Below the pieces are notes generated by a model. That model ran no database searches. It was not told the DNA's origin and saw only the letters and a program-made list of their open reading frames with translations. A program made the position numbers and the translations under genes. A DNA stretch of 62,876 nucleotides, the filler included, from Corallochytrium limacisporum Hawaii (taxonomy: Eukaryota; Protista; Pluriformea), in the NCBI GenBank assembly GCA_002811645.1. It is 3 parts of 3 records of this genome, joined end to end, with 100 filler letters (N's around TTAATTAATTAA, not from the genome) between each part and the next. Parts side by side here need not be neighbours in the genome. Positions count along the whole stretch, not along the records: positions 1 to 20,892 come from PDIP01000154.1; positions 20,993 to 42,770 come from PDIP01000012.1; 1 more part is not named here. One strand, 5' to 3'. Below, one piece after another: positions 10,101-21,555 of the stretch (the stretch's first letter is position 1; each line of letters opens with the position of its first letter).

Positions 10101-11566
10101 CTGTGGGCGGCGGCACGAATGTCCTCGTAGATTTCCTGCTGCTGCCGCTCCGCGGCGACTCGCACGGTGGGATCCGTACTCAATTGCCGCGACACGACAG
10201 CTGAGGAGGCAAACGCTGCGGCCTCCTCCGCGCTCATCATGGGCAATGGTGTACTGTCGTCATTGGGCCCGGGAGGCGCAAAGCTGTCCTCTGCGCCCAT
10301 GGTTTTGTTCCGGCTGCCGCCGTCCGGAGCGGCGGGCATGTGCCCGTGTCCGCCGTGGGACGGGCGCATGGATGCCTCGTCTCCGTTGCCGTCCTGGCTG
10401 TGGGGCAGCGCACTACTCTTCTGCGGCCGGCCCTCCGGCCCAGCCGGCGCGTGGGACAAACGCGGACCAGTGGCCGCGGTCAGGCTGCCCAGCCGCATTG
10501 GCTGACTCAAGATTCCCCCACTGCCTTTGGCAGCAGCAGTGGCTGTCTCGTCTGGGAAACCCGCGGAACCCGAGGACTGGGTGCGGCGCACCTTCGCAAT
10601 GACCTGTTGCTTCTCCTTAGTGAGCGGATTGATTTCGTAGATGCTTGACTTTTCCGGTGCGCCCGCAGTGGTGGTCACCGCGATTTGGTCCTTCGCGGCG
10701 TTCGACTGGCGGGGCGATGAGGTCACACTGCCCCGGGGTGAGCTGGAGGAAATACTGCTCTTCGGAGGCAGATTGACCGTAAACTGGCTGCCCGATCTGC
10801 GCTGATGGAGCGATCCGGTCGACGAAGTCGACGTGCGCGTGGCACCCCCGAGTGAGGACTGTGTAGAAGCCCGCGTGCCGCCATTTTGGGGGACTAGTTG
10901 AGCCTGTTGTTTTTGTTGATGGTGATGCTGTTGCAGCTGCTGTTGCTGTTGCTCGCGTTCGCGTTGCTCGCGCTCCCGTTGCTCGCGTTCCCTCTGGTGT
11001 TCCCGTTCCTTGCGCATTTTGTACCGCAGCTCCTGTGGAGTCAGGACGACTTCCTCACCTGCCTCTGCCTCTGCCTCCGCCGGCACATTCACGGGGTCCG
11101 GGGAGGGCTTCTTGCTGCCCAGTGCACCCCTGAACCCCTTGATTCTCGCCAGGAACTGATTCGACGTCAGGTGCCGGGGGGACATGTTCTGCTCGCTCGA
11201 CCCAGGCCCAGCTCCTGCTCCTGCTGCAGCGGCCGGGGAAGGTCCAGGCGCTTCTGGCTGCCTGACGTGACCTCTGTGCTCACCGTCCGGTCCAGCCGGG
11301 CCAGTCGAGCGACTGTTCGAGTTGCGTTTGGGTAGCACCGGAGGGTCTGCCAGGGCACTTTCGGTTTGCGATAGCTTGCGCGTTGGGACCGCGCGGGAGT
11401 TGTTGCCGAGTGCAGTGGTGGTGACCGTCACATTATCACCTGAGCTAATACTATCCTTTGACACGGACCGGTCCATGGCGCTCTGAGAGCCTTTCTCTGA
11501 TCCCTGCCTGGATGGTTTGTACGGATTCGGCACGACCCAACGCCCGTTCTTATCTTTTGTTGACAT
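7169..11566 (-). CDS. Ser/Thr protein kinase (CAMK-group-like) with a C1 (DAG/phorbol-ester type) zinc finger and long disordered termini
   Basis: 1465-aa ORF; C1 motif HRF...CDHC...CRSC...HKKC...C; kinase motifs LGQGQFGTV, YAVK, HRDLKPAN, DFG, CGTPAFLAPE, DVWSVG. Confidence 0.88.
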   Translation of the reverse strand: MSTKDKNGRWVVPNPYKPSRQGSEKGSQSAMDRSVSKDSISSGDNVTVTTTALGNNSRAVPTRKLSQTESALADPPVLPKRNSNSRSTGPAGPDGEHRGHVRQPEAPGPSPAAAAGAGAGPGSSEQNMSPRHLTSNQFLARIKGFRGALGSKKPSPDPVNVPAEAEAEAGEEVVLTPQELRYKMRKEREHQREREQREREQREREQQQQQLQQHHHQQKQQAQLVPQNGGTRASTQSSLGGATRTSTSSTGSLHQRRSGSQFTVNLPPKSSISSSSPRGSVTSSPRQSNAAKDQIAVTTTAGAPEKSSIYEINPLTKEKQQVIAKVRRTQSSGSAGFPDETATAAAKGSGGILSQPMRLGSLTAATGPRLSHAPAGPEGRPQKSSALPHSQDGNGDEASMRPSHGGHGHMPAAPDGGSRNKTMGAEDSFAPPGPNDDSTPLPMMSAEEAAAFASSAVVSRQLSTDPTVRVAAERQQQEIYEDIRAAAHRAAEKAGVEWGEPLEMDPGVDNGHRFHKMALKHEMMCDHCEDYIWGLNDQAYVCRSCGRLAHKKCCMLIVSCEDASVSVSDGSGSEGGSVDASANGSVSTTTSTQVVPATTTTTALPRATVAPTVSLRLPSSQQSHQQLPTTASMQQVPPMPQRTRLNRLGVAGGQRAEDQARKVKDGIQDGKLYDRYFKDEGKVLGQGQFGTVKVCLHKDTNETYAVKCIHKGGFRDMPRVLEDVKREIKIMRKLDHQNIIRFKSAFEDKDTMKIVMEYVSGGNLDEELRERRQKDNFLSEEDVAIVFGQLCIGVAYLHENNICHRDLKPANILIARDRNAPVKEWCVKIADFGLARATESNEMQTMCGTPAFLAPEIVYKMFMGVEPTYAPLAGARDRSRERRENEATAEDGDDDSGFNSRQQAKRRGYSLAVDVWSVGAMMYWAVVGSLPVKHGEFRPWKELELEYGPGGPQEPVSSGRRSSEEAGNGNTNSSDSPNGSLGDQEHPYKPFIAQNQLAANGPRNSLGTLSSRSGRHGTWRARPEPEGWRPNFDKGQGKTLSTELKELLTWMMRVRPSQRLTMMEVLGHPWFESDALKSVVSDQTSDYVQFKSIIKYQSPHHRISKTPESIYGNLSDTTTTAPSSRGTDSYRGTVASLQQYQQQGSDYINYQLVKPANEETVTENTYDQTEQVQNNSNDYANFVPPRRNHHHAQRRYNPSEQRQSEQQQKEQVYYNFVPPHVQSQQRASPSRGTDYHFVVPSRDGVLVDGKRQTPSTSAVPPFQPPPRPPPVPQRQYMAPSPTMAPPQPPPQTQAQSTPPFHPVAAPLPTTRFDAAVTLFQDMFAPRSQALGAQKMHHMPVSQQSSGGMSSSPTPPHRQSGQSVQSVTSVHSAMSVTKAHRNSPMFGNYDIGSGDLESRVGSGVSGTSTIVPDYSNIPQPPPRGAGSVGGGGSLSGSTPPLPPRMAREAPPPLPPRNDSSSGRKRR

Positions 11567-12634
11567 TTCTTCTTTTTTCGCTTTTCACGTTTTACCCAAC
11601 GGGGCAAATAGTGTGCGCCTCTTTTCTCTTTTTCCAACCAAAACAAAAGCTTGTCTCTAAACCCAAAGGAAAAACTTTCTCTCGCGTTGAACAATTACTC
11701 ACTAGGATCTAAGGTTTTGAGTTGTTCAAGACATGGTGGTTGGGCTATGGTGAACACGAAAAATATAACTAAGTGAGAGTGTAGTACCCAACAACCATTT
11801 CCCGTTGGTTGGCCCAAAACCTGACACCAAAATTTCTCCACTCGTGGTCAAGATCTCGTCCCTGCGCTCACTTCCTAACCCAAGCAAAACCCTAATTCAA
11901 GTTTCTTTTCCGAGACCTGTTGCAAGCTGAATGAGAACTCGAATTAAAGTTAACCAACCTTCATTTCCGGAACCCCCAGTAACGTGACAATGCAACTTAG
12001 GATTCCCACCACATAAAACTGGTGTAGAACCTTCCTTCAACGTCTCATCCTTTTCACAATGGTCCCATTGATCCAGGAACCTCGTTCCGAAATAACTGTT
12101 CCAGTCAAATTGTCACCATACTTAGCCCATGGTCATAAAATCACCACCGTTACGCATATAATCATTCATGACACCCCCGGGGGTGTTCCGTCTTTGCCTA
12201 AGCGCTTGCCTACCTATCGTTCCGGTTGCCGGAGACTTTCGCCTGCCTTTTGCTCGCTCAAACTCTCACTCAACTCTACGCTCACACTCACACACACACA
12301 CACACATACCCGGCAACTTAGTCCCGCAAAGAAGGCCCCATCTCGCCCAAGAAAAATAAAAACTAAAAAAGGGGAGGCGAAGGACAGGGGAGGAAGAGAG
12401 GGAGAGGGGGGGGGGGGCACAGAACCCGAGAAGCCTGGACCGGAGGCCCAGAGGGAGAGACAAGGGAGAGAGGTTCGACCCCGGGGCCAAGGGAAAAGGT
12501 TCCCCTCCCTCCCCTTTTCCTCTCTCCGCGGTGAGGGCCCGTAGAGAGAGGAGGAGAAGTTTAGAACGGGAAAGCTTTGATCGGTTTTGGGGGGGGGGCC
12601 GGGAACGTAGGTATAGCGGGCGGGAGGATGGGAG

Positions 12635-12637
<3 letters not shown>

Positions 12638-12702
<65 letters not shown>
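12638..12702. repeat. (GA)n microsatellite; nearby (CA)n at ~12283-12306 and (TG)n at ~12783-12802
   Basis: Seen directly, in the divergent intergenic region between the kinase and the Sec7 gene. Confidence 0.95.
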
Positions 12703-12705
<3 letters not shown>

Positions 12706-13320
12706 ACGGTGTGCTTTTGGTCACGGTTCCCGGGGTCCCTCCCTGGTGGTCCCGTGTTCAGCCCGAGTTTTTCTAGGTTTTCTCTGTGTGTGTGTGTGTG
12801 TGTTTTTAAAGTTTGGCTGGCTTTTGAAACTTTGCAAAAAGTTAAAGTACGCGGGAAGCGGCACGAGCGGTGGCCGGCCAATGTTTTTGTTGCATTAATA
12901 GTAAAACGGACATAACAATAACTTGTTGCCGTGATGGAGCCTTTATATTTATTGGGTACGCGTGACAGGATGAATTTTGAGTGGTGCAGGCTTGACGGCG
13001 GTCAGTGGTGCTTACGCCTTTGCGAGGAGCAAGTTCTATTTCGAGGTGTTTTGAGAAACGCAATCCCATTTGCGTCATGCTGTTACACTAAGGCACTGTG
13101 GAGCCCTGTTCGGATATTGGTAAGTTAGACTTTGAGAAAGAAGGCTTATGGGCTTAAAGTTTTCTACCCAGAGGTAACATAAGGATATAAAGAAATGCTG
13201 GGAAGCATTTAGTCATCATATGTGAACGATTTAAGTATCCACGGTCTCAATGATGTGGTCAGGAACATGATTTGGCCAATTTGAAAACTGAAGAAGCACA
13301 TATTTAGCGGAAATATAAAT

Positions 13321-16065
13321 ATGCCTGAACCTAGTATAACCCGTTCCGCTGGTCCGGCACGGGAAACGTCGCTGTCGACGACGTCTGGGAGTGTAGTGAC
13401 AGCTCCGACAACACCACAGATCAACATTATTGCGGACTCGCCGGTCACGGAAAGACGGAGTGCAGAATCGTACCACAGCGCGAAGGATTCGTTGCCAGGG
13501 GACACTCCGAAGGCATCTATCGATCGGGATATTCGCATCGAATGCGAAGACATTCCGGAGGAAGACCATACCGTAGTATCTGAGCATGCTGCTACTTGTA
13601 CTGCCGGCAATGCCACGAAGGAAATATTTGAGGACGCTCAAGAAGTTCACTCCGCGAATAGTGAAAAGGGAAAAAATGACGAGAACACCGCAGCACTACC
13701 AGCAGCAGCAGCAGCGGAAGCAGCAGCAGAAGCTACAACAGTGATTGGCGACGACAGTGAAGAAAAGAATTCAGTGCGAAGTGCTGGACGGATAGTAGAG
13801 GAGGAAACAACAACGCCAGCAACAGACCAGAAGGTTCCGGACAGTAGCGACGAAGACATTGGAAAGTTGCGAGCCTCAGAAACAAAAACGCCGGGATCGC
13901 CGAGCAAATTGGACAAGAATCGACCGCCGACACCGTTGCTCATGGCCATTGAAGATGACATTGATCCGGCGCAGGTGGCAAGGGATTTGCGGGCCGGTCT
14001 ATACGATCACAACGTTGGAGTGAGCCAGGTGCTGGCTGGTACCCATCCTTACGCAGAGAAGGTCTGCCAAGAGTACCTGCGGCTCATGGAGTGTTGCTCC
14101 AAACCCATCGACGAAGCTCTGCGGACCTTCCTGGAGTCATTCCAGCTCAATGGCGAGACGGGCGAGAAGACACGGATCATTGAACGCTTCAGCAATTTTT
14201 ACTGGGAAGAAAACGATGGAAAGCTGCCGCAGAATCTCCAGCTCTCAAAGGATGCGGTCTTTGCCCTGTGCGTATCGCTCGTGCTGCTGAACACAGATCT
14301 GCACAATCGCCGGGTGGAGAAGAAGATGACAATGAAGCAGTTTATCAACAATAATCGGGGGTTAAACGACGGCAAGGACTTTCCGAAGCAGCTACTGCAG
14401 AACCTGTACTTGAACATTCGCAAACGGGAGATCAAGATGCCCATGGGAGATTCGCGACCTACCTCTATCGGCACCTCCGGCGTGGGCATCGCCCCCTACG
14501 GTAAGCCGCGCACCTTTAGCAACGACAATCTCAGCGTGAACATCATGGACAGCACCTTTGGAGCGCCTAGGCGTAAGTCACTGAAGCACCGTAGTCTTTT
14601 CCACCCTAGGCAAGGTGGAAACTTTGTTGCCGACAACGGCGACGGCAACGGCAACGGGACCAGCGCCAGCATCCGCGACGACCAGAGCGAAACTGCCAGT
14701 CGGTTGACGACCACGAGCAACCGTAGCTCCTTCTTCAGCCTCGGTCGCAAGAGCAAGAGCGTGAGTATGGTCAATCTGTCGAACACAGATTCACAGGAAC
14801 TGCTCGGGCCCCTGAGTGCCAACCAGGTTCCCCCGCACCCGGACTTCCTCCTCTTGTTCAAGGAGGACATTCTTAACCGGAAACAGGTCATGGACGGGCA
14901 TCGGAGGGCCAGCGTAAGGAACTGGAAGACCTTCTACATGGTTCTGCAGGGCCCGTATCTTTACCACTACCGCCACAAGACGCGTAAGAGTGCACCCCTG
15001 AGCCGCATTGGTGTCTTCCACGCCCTGGCCACCGATTCCTCCTATTCGAAGAAAGGACACGTGTTTGAGTTGCGTTTGGCTTCAGGCACGACGTACCTGT
15101 TCCAGGCGCGCAGCCTGCCACAGAAGGAGACGTGGGTCCGGATGATCAATACTGCTGCCGCCATTTTTAGTGCACCACCGCTATCGGCGTCCGTGAGCTC
15201 GAACAAGGCGACGTTTCTGGCCCCGCTGCTCCCGCAGTCAACCACACGTATGTCCAAGGAAGAGCAGCTGGTGCAGCACAAGGCGCGACTAACGGAGTAT
15301 CAGGCCGACCTGGAGCAGGTCCTGCGGCAGCTGACTGCCCTCCACACAGTGTCCGGCTCTGTGAGAGCCGTCGGTCCCGGCGCGAACAGCGCTGGCCTCC
15401 CGCAAGCCTACACGACCGGGGGCATCGGTGTTGAACGATCCAGCTCCATGAGGCCCACGCCGACCGAATTGGCGAGCGTGCGCCCTGGCGGTGGCATAGG
15501 CAAGGCCAAGGACACGGCCACTGCCACAAGCTCAGGGCCTGGAACACCCCAGAGCCATGGGCCACAGGACAGCAGCGGCAAGAGTTCGGGCGCCTCCACC
15601 CCCTCCACCCGGGCCTCAATGCCCACCAAGCGTGACTCCGAGGGATCACTGACGACTAGGGAAGGCGGCAAAGCTGTGAACGCTTCGGTTGTGTCCTCAT
15701 CGGGCAGCGCGGTGAGCGGGGGCGTGCCCGCGTCCCTGAATCGTGGGGAGTCCTTGCATTATCTCACGGAGAAGGAGACATGGCTACGCAATCAGATTAT
15801 CCGCCTTACCATCTACCGCGCGCACTTGATGCAGCTAATTGTCAACGAGGAATCTGGGGAAATGGATCTGGACCTGCTCAAGCGACTGAACCAGCAGACG
15901 TCACCATTGGAGAGCGTCCGAGAGGAGTCCCGAACGCAGATCTCCGGCTCGGGCATGCCCACAGGATCGACTGAGAAGATCACCGCATCGGCGCCGAACG
16001 GCAAGCAGAAGGCCGACGAAGTATCCGCGGACCCGGACCTGGAGCCCGCGGCGACGGTGATCTGA
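13321..16065 (+). CDS. Sec7 + PH domain ARF GEF (PSD/EFA6/Yel1-like)
   Basis: Sec7 motifs IDEALRTFLESFQLNGET(GE), LVLLNTDLHN, KMTMKQFINN; PH domain (RNWKTFYMVLQG...YLFQA...WVRMIN); EFA6-like AAAIFSAPPL...LP then coiled coil. Confidence 0.88.
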   Translation: MPEPSITRSAGPARETSLSTTSGSVVTAPTTPQINIIADSPVTERRSAESYHSAKDSLPGDTPKASIDRDIRIECEDIPEEDHTVVSEHAATCTAGNATKEIFEDAQEVHSANSEKGKNDENTAALPAAAAAEAAAEATTVIGDDSEEKNSVRSAGRIVEEETTTPATDQKVPDSSDEDIGKLRASETKTPGSPSKLDKNRPPTPLLMAIEDDIDPAQVARDLRAGLYDHNVGVSQVLAGTHPYAEKVCQEYLRLMECCSKPIDEALRTFLESFQLNGETGEKTRIIERFSNFYWEENDGKLPQNLQLSKDAVFALCVSLVLLNTDLHNRRVEKKMTMKQFINNNRGLNDGKDFPKQLLQNLYLNIRKREIKMPMGDSRPTSIGTSGVGIAPYGKPRTFSNDNLSVNIMDSTFGAPRRKSLKHRSLFHPRQGGNFVADNGDGNGNGTSASIRDDQSETASRLTTTSNRSSFFSLGRKSKSVSMVNLSNTDSQELLGPLSANQVPPHPDFLLLFKEDILNRKQVMDGHRRASVRNWKTFYMVLQGPYLYHYRHKTRKSAPLSRIGVFHALATDSSYSKKGHVFELRLASGTTYLFQARSLPQKETWVRMINTAAAIFSAPPLSASVSSNKATFLAPLLPQSTTRMSKEEQLVQHKARLTEYQADLEQVLRQLTALHTVSGSVRAVGPGANSAGLPQAYTTGGIGVERSSSMRPTPTELASVRPGGGIGKAKDTATATSSGPGTPQSHGPQDSSGKSSGASTPSTRASMPTKRDSEGSLTTREGGKAVNASVVSSSGSAVSGGVPASLNRGESLHYLTEKETWLRNQIIRLTIYRAHLMQLIVNEESGEMDLDLLKRLNQQTSPLESVREESRTQISGSGMPTGSTEKITASAPNGKQKADEVSADPDLEPAATVI

Positions 16066-16365
16066 CAGTGCACGGGTTGACAGCAGCCTCCCTGGTCCCA
16101 CTCTTTGATTTGGAAACGGTGTCTATTACATTTCACGTTTGTACCATTTCTTTTCTGCTGTGTCTTGTTTTGCATGATTGGATTATTACTTTATTGAATG
16201 GAAGATGGAAAGATTGGATGATGTTGACGATGATGCCAATGGATGATTGTGGGTCATGATAAAAAAGACCATCGAATGAAATAAGTGAATGAATGAATAC
16301 GCGTATGAAAAACTAACAGACGTCCGGGAATTTTTCTTGTTTGTTCCTGATATACCCAGTGTCCT

Positions 16366-17250
16366 TTAGCTGAAAAAAGATCTGCCCAGACTCTTGACGA
16401 ACGATGTGACCTTGCCAACACTGCCACCCTCCGGATTCCCACCGTACAACAGATTGCCCGATGACCAGCCCGGTTCGGCGCCGTGATCTTCGTAGGTCTT
16501 GCCAATGAAGTCTTCACCAAACCTCTGCATGTCTTGGTCAAAGCCTCGGAACTGAATCTTCGAGGGCACGGTCACGGTGCCTACATGGTTCCCAAGGTCC
16601 ATGTCGGTCTCACCAATCTCCCTCCGCATCCGCTCCTCCGAGTCCCTAACTTGCCTCTCACAGAGCAACTTGAAATCAGCAAACTTTTTCACTTTCATTT
16701 CCGCTGCGGCGACGTTCACGGCTCGTTCTGTGGGACAGACGACCAGCAGATACTTCATCATCTCCAAGACATGGTAGACATGGTCGTGGTTTGGTCTCCA
16801 GGCCTTGTCCGGGCCCTGCATGAGCCCCTGAATGTTCACCTGAGAGGTGCGTTCATCCACCTGCGGATGCCAAAGTGAGTCAGTGATGAGAATGGTCGGG
16901 GCAGACTGTGGAAAATCCATAGGGATTTTAAGCAAGAACCGCACCATTGCACCGGCCAGGGGTCCCGAGCTCAGAAAGATGATTCCGTCCCATTGCAGTT
17001 CGGACGCCTGCGAAGGAATCACAAAGACTCCACTTGGGCATTTCTCCTTCAACAGACGGAGTTCATACATGACCAAGTACCGCAGACGATACACCACGGC
17101 AGCGGTGGGATCGATGGCGGTGGGGTCCTTCGGTCTCGTGGTGCCCGGCATCGTCCCTCCTAGCCAGACAGGTACCCATTCACTAGCGTGGCCACCGTTG
17201 TTATGGGCCAATCCATGTAGCAGTAGCAATGGCGGCCGCCGCTCCTCCAT
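16366..17250 (-). CDS. AKTIP: AKTIP/FTS/Crossbronx-like inactive ubiquitin-E2 variant (start uncertain: 17250 or 17151)
   Basis: PSGVFVIPS...LQWDGIIF..SGPLAGAMVRF..IP.DFP...WHPQVD...W...HDHVYHVL; E2 fold without the catalytic Cys. Confidence 0.78.
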   Translation of the reverse strand: MEERRPPLLLLHGLAHNNGGHASEWVPVWLGGTMPGTTRPKDPTAIDPTAAVVYRLRYLVMYELRLLKEKCPSGVFVIPSQASELQWDGIIFLSSGPLAGAMVRFLLKIPMDFPQSAPTILITDSLWHPQVDERTSQVNIQGLMQGPDKAWRPNHDHVYHVLEMMKYLLVVCPTERAVNVAAAEMKVKKFADFKLLCERQVRDSEERMRREIGETDMDLGNHVGTVTVPSKIQFRGFDQDMQRFGEDFIGKTYEDHGAEPGWSSGNLLYGGNPEGGSVGKVTSFVKSLGRSFFS

Positions 17251-17679
17251 GTGCCTGACCAAATACCCTCATCTTGCCTCAGCAAGAACATTACGAATAA
17301 CGCCATCGCAGGAGGAATCACACAAGGCCAGCGCAGATCGATTTGCTCCCCAATGTGGCGGTTGTAAGGGGGGTCAGTCCTTTGCTCGTTGTGCCTGCAA
17401 GTTATGTCATCTCTGCTGATGGTCGTAAGGAATGGGATCACCGCTGTGGTTCAACCGGGTCCCCCGCCGCATTTCCCCAAAGACGCGCGCGTGTTGTTGC
17501 GTATGCCGTGGGTGGAGTGACATGTACGTATGTATGTATGGTACGTACGGTACGTATGGTCTGTCTGGGTGTGTGGGTTGTGCAGGTGAGTGAGATGTGC
17601 AGGTGAGTGAGTTTTGTGCAGGTGCGTGAGTGTTATGTATGAGTACGTGGCTGTCTCATGAGCGTGTGTGTTGTTGCGG

Positions 17680-19815
17680 CCCTCCCCTCAAAGTCGGATT
17701 GCGTGCGTCACTCGCCCTTGCTTTTTTCATTTTTTTTTTGTTTTTGTTTTGACTTTTTTTTCGCGCGCGCGCTCTCTCTCTCTCTCTGAGCCGCTCATGG
17801 CCGTCCCTTACTTTTTCTTTCTCCTTTTTTTTTCCTTTCTTTTTCCTTTATTTTTTTTTAAAAGTTTTTCTTTGATTCTTTCGACCTCGGAAATTTTCCC
17901 CTTTGGCTGGGGCCGCGGTGCCGGAGGTGGGGCCAAAAGGGAAGAAAAAGAAAAAAAAAAGAAAAAAAAAGCAAAACTGCCTAGGGCCCTCCCCTCTCGC
18001 TCGCTCTCTCTCTGTGTCGCTAAAAGCAAGGAAATTCGAAGTCGTTGGCTTTTTTTCCTTTGCTTTGGGGAGTGGGGGGAGGGACGTGCGTGAGGAGTCC
18101 TTTGTCGTCGTCGGTGTTTGTTTGTTGTTTTAACCTTTTTTTCTCATTTATTTTCTATAAGCAAGAAATTGCAAATGTCCCAACTCTCTCCGTTTGTTTG
18201 CCTTTTTTCTCTTCCCCCCGCGGGGGGGGGGCCGTTTGGGGGGGAAGGGCCTCTCGGTTGGGCGCGGCGCTACGTTTGTCGTGGCCGGCAGTGAGAGAGG
18301 TACGGCGATGGCATTTACCCCTCTTCTACCCCCCTCCCCTCCTCCCTCTTCCCAGGCCCGGTGCTTCCCGGTACTGAGGAAGCCGGCCAGCTATGGTGGG
18401 GGGGGGAGGGAGCGAGTAGGCCGGCCCGTTCGGTCGGTTGGTCGGAGTGTCTTGCGTCGATTGCCGGTGTTTACGTCCGTGTTGTCCGGTTCACCTGTCG
18501 CGCGGCCCAGGGTTGGTGCCAGTACTGAAACAATGACGAAACTACCGATCGGAACACAAACGCAAGGATTTAGGGAAGTATACACGTCCAAAATACCACC
18601 GGTTCGGACGGCACCGCCGCCGTGCCGGGCAATGGTCCATACACACACGCCTTTCCCCGAAGCGGAGTGTTGGGAGATAGTCGTGTCATAGCCCCGCAGT
18701 CTTTGTGGCAGGGACAACGTACGCGAGGAACTCAGAAAGTTTTTGAAGGACAGCACACACACACACACACGACAGGGACAGAAAGTAAGGAAAATGAAAG
18801 AAAAAAAGGAAGAAAAGCAGGACAGGGACCATACAAAAGAAAGAGTGCAAAGAAAGGAGGGAGGGACATCACACCGTCCGGCGCCTGGACACCGCGCAGG
18901 CAAAGAGGGAAAAAAAAGAGAAGGGAGAGAGGAGCGAGCTGTGCGCGTGTGTGTGCGCTTGGTTTCGTAGGCTCACCCTCTCCTCGCGGCGGGTAGAAAT
19001 GCCAAAGAAAAATGGACGAAAGATCGGGGGCTCTTGTGTGACAGCCAAAGTTTCATTTTCTTTTTTTTTCCCCTTCTTTAAGACAGGTGAAATAGTACTT
19101 AAAAAAGAAACCTTAGAAATTCCAAAATAATAGAGACAAAAAAAGACACCGATGAATGCCCCCCCCCCCTCCCAAAAGGCCACTAAGAAAGAAAGCGAGA
19201 GAGAGAGAGCGAGCGACAGGCTCTCTGGCCAGGGCAAAGCGATTACCAACCACACTCCCCGGAGAGGGAGGTGGGGGGTGGGGGGCTAAGAAAACCCACG
19301 AGAGAGTATCCTTCCTTCCCCCTCCCCTCCCCCCACCCCAAGCGCCCGATCAGGGCCATACATTTTAGCTTCGAAAAGTTGGGTATGCTGAAACGCCCAG
19401 TACGGGAAGTGTCCTCCCCTCCCCCTTCCCTCTTTATTTCTTTATCTTCTATTTTCTTGTTGTCTTTTTTTTTTTAGTTTTCTCTATTTTTTTTTTGAAG
19501 CGACGGCCTTTTCCGGAGAAACCCTCCCCCCTTGGACTGGGTCCAGGGGGAAGTGGGGGGGGCCTTGTAGATGATTATTCGCCATCGGGAGCGAATTACG
19601 TAGTGAATATACTGCGGAATTCAGATCCCGCGAGGAGGGGGAGGGTTTCTTTTCCTGATCGGGTCCTGTTTTGGTGGGACGGCCGGCTGTGTTTTATTTC
19701 CGGCGTTCCGGACCGCCACCTTTTCTTTCTTTTTTTTTAACCCTTTCCCCGCTCTCTGGGCCCCGGGGCGGCAGGGGTAGGTAGCTCAGGATTTTGGGGG
19801 AGAGCCGAGAGAGAA

Positions 19816-19854
<39 letters not shown>

Positions 19855-20687
19855 CGCGGGAGACTTTGAGAAATCAGCGGGAAAAAGGAAAAGGGCGGGC
19901 GAAAGCGAAGGGTGAATTAACCGAGGCTCGCGAACGGGCCCGAAGGGAAAAAAAAGGACCCGAGGGGGGGGGAGACAGTGTGTACGTACGGGAAACGGGG
20001 TGGGAGGAGGAGGAGGAAGAGAGGGGGAGGGGGGACCGGTCTCTCACCGGGCCCAAGGCATAATTCTTAGACATACTCCGACTGCCTTTTCGTTCTTTTG
20101 GTTTTTTTTTCCTTTGTCTTTTGTCTTTTTTTTTCTTCCGTGCCCCGGAAGGATCGCTGGCTCCAGCTTTTTATTTCCATTTTTTCCTGGCTTTTTTTAA
20201 TTGCTTCGTTTGTGGTATGACTGTCGTGACCGAGGCAAAAAGGAAAGCGAGGATTGGGAGGGGGGGAGGAGAGGGTATGGGGCTGGCCTCCCCATCCCTT
20301 TCCTTCACCACCGGGGCCCTGTTTTCACGTTGGCCAACGTTTTCTTTCTTCTCCCCGAGGGAGGTTTTTCTTTGTGGTTGGTGTGATACAGATCGCTTCT
20401 GTTTTTTTTTTGCTCTTCTTTTTCTATTTTCGATTTTCATTCGCCATGCCTTGCCCTCCTGGCTGTGGTATTCGCTCTCGCTCTCTCTCTCTCTCTCCCC
20501 TCTTCCCTGTCTCTCGTTGTTGCTCCTTACTTTTCTCCATTGTTTTCATACCAATTTTTTGGTCTTTGGTTCACATCTCATGCTCTTTTGTTGCCGGAGA
20601 ACGGGACCTTGGACAGGGAGAGAAGGGAGACAAGACCCACAAGCGAGCTCAGCCTGACCTGGGCAGTGTGTGGGTAGCGCTACGTGT

Positions 20688-20723
<36 letters not shown>

Positions 20724-20892
20724 GAGTGGAGGGTGTCAAGTTCCACCCCTCCAACCCCCGGGATCTCCGCCTCTCCGGTACACCGTACATACACCACCAA
20801 CCCCCCCCCCAAAGTGCCCCTGCTCTCTCGCTCCCGTCCCCTCCTTAACCCACACACAACCCGGAGCGTCTCTCTCTCTCTCTCTCTCTCTC
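17680..20892. other. Long low-complexity non-coding tract (poly-A/T/G/C runs; (GA)n at ~19806-19853 and ~20686-20725; (TC)n at the contig end)
   Basis: No credible ORF; dominated by homopolymers and dinucleotide repeats; contig ends inside (TC)n. Confidence 0.7.
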
Positions 20893-20992
20893 NNNNNNNN
20901 NNNNNNNNNNNNNNNNNNNNNNNNNNNNNNNNNNNNTTAATTAATTAANNNNNNNNNNNNNNNNNNNNNNNNNNNNNNNNNNNNNNNNNNNN
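20893..20992. other. Artificial contig spacer (N44-TTAATTAATTAA-N44)
   Basis: Exactly 100 nt, stop codons in all six frames, identical to the spacer at 42771-42870. Confidence 0.97.
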
Positions 20993-21555
20993 TTAGTAAT
21001 GTTCATTCATATTAACTGCGTATGCGAAATTCTTAGATTGCCGGATATTACACGAATTACCGTTGCTAAGTTTTATTAAACAGTTCCTAAACCATATCAG
21101 AGGTTGTGAACAAACTAAGGATATCACGAAGGTGAACTCAGTGTCCGCAATTCGCCGGGTTGGTACATCGGCGGTCGGCTCCCTTCCGTAATGTACTTGA
21201 GGTGCAGAAATTCAACGGTTAAGGCAATCAGCAAGCAAGGAAAGGCAAGGGCATACAAATCGAACACAAATCGGTAATTTAGCATAACGAGGGTTTCGAT
21301 CTAAAGCCGCGTGGCTCTATTCATCCCCCGGAAAGAACAATTGCGGGAAGATCGCAAGACCGGTGTTAATTTCGTTTGTATGTTGTACCAACATGTGTCG
21401 GCACTGGCGCAATCTTGAATTTTAATTGTTTTCGCGGAAATGTTTCCGACAGTAAAAACCAATTCTTCGGCCTTGGTCAATCGAATCTCTCTGAATCGTC
21501 AACAACGTTCCCCGTAGCACAGATGTGTGAAAATACCCTTCACACATACAAATGG

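Noticed and set aside
11657-13171. Short 5'-UTR intron candidates (GTGAGT..TAG 11657-11702 minus; GTAAGT..CAG 13120-13171; also 60197-60237 and 55915-55972)
   Set aside because: The number of GTRAGT hits is about what chance gives over these upstream regions, and there is no shared branch-point motif; needs RNA-seq
17578-17632. Triplicated TGTGCAGGTGAGTGAG resembling splice junctions or micro-exons
   Set aside because: Opposite strand to the adjacent gene and embedded in a GT-rich simple repeat; best explained as a minisatellite
17668-20892. Many 60-230-aa ORFs in low-complexity DNA, and antisense ORFs overlapping real genes throughout the window
   Set aside because: Translations of microsatellites and homopolymers, or shadows of GC-rich codon usage
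20937-20948. TTAATTAATTAA as a biological palindrome or piggyBac TTAA site (also 42815-42826)
   Set aside because: Centred in exactly 100-nt N spacers, twice; an artificial six-frame stop linker
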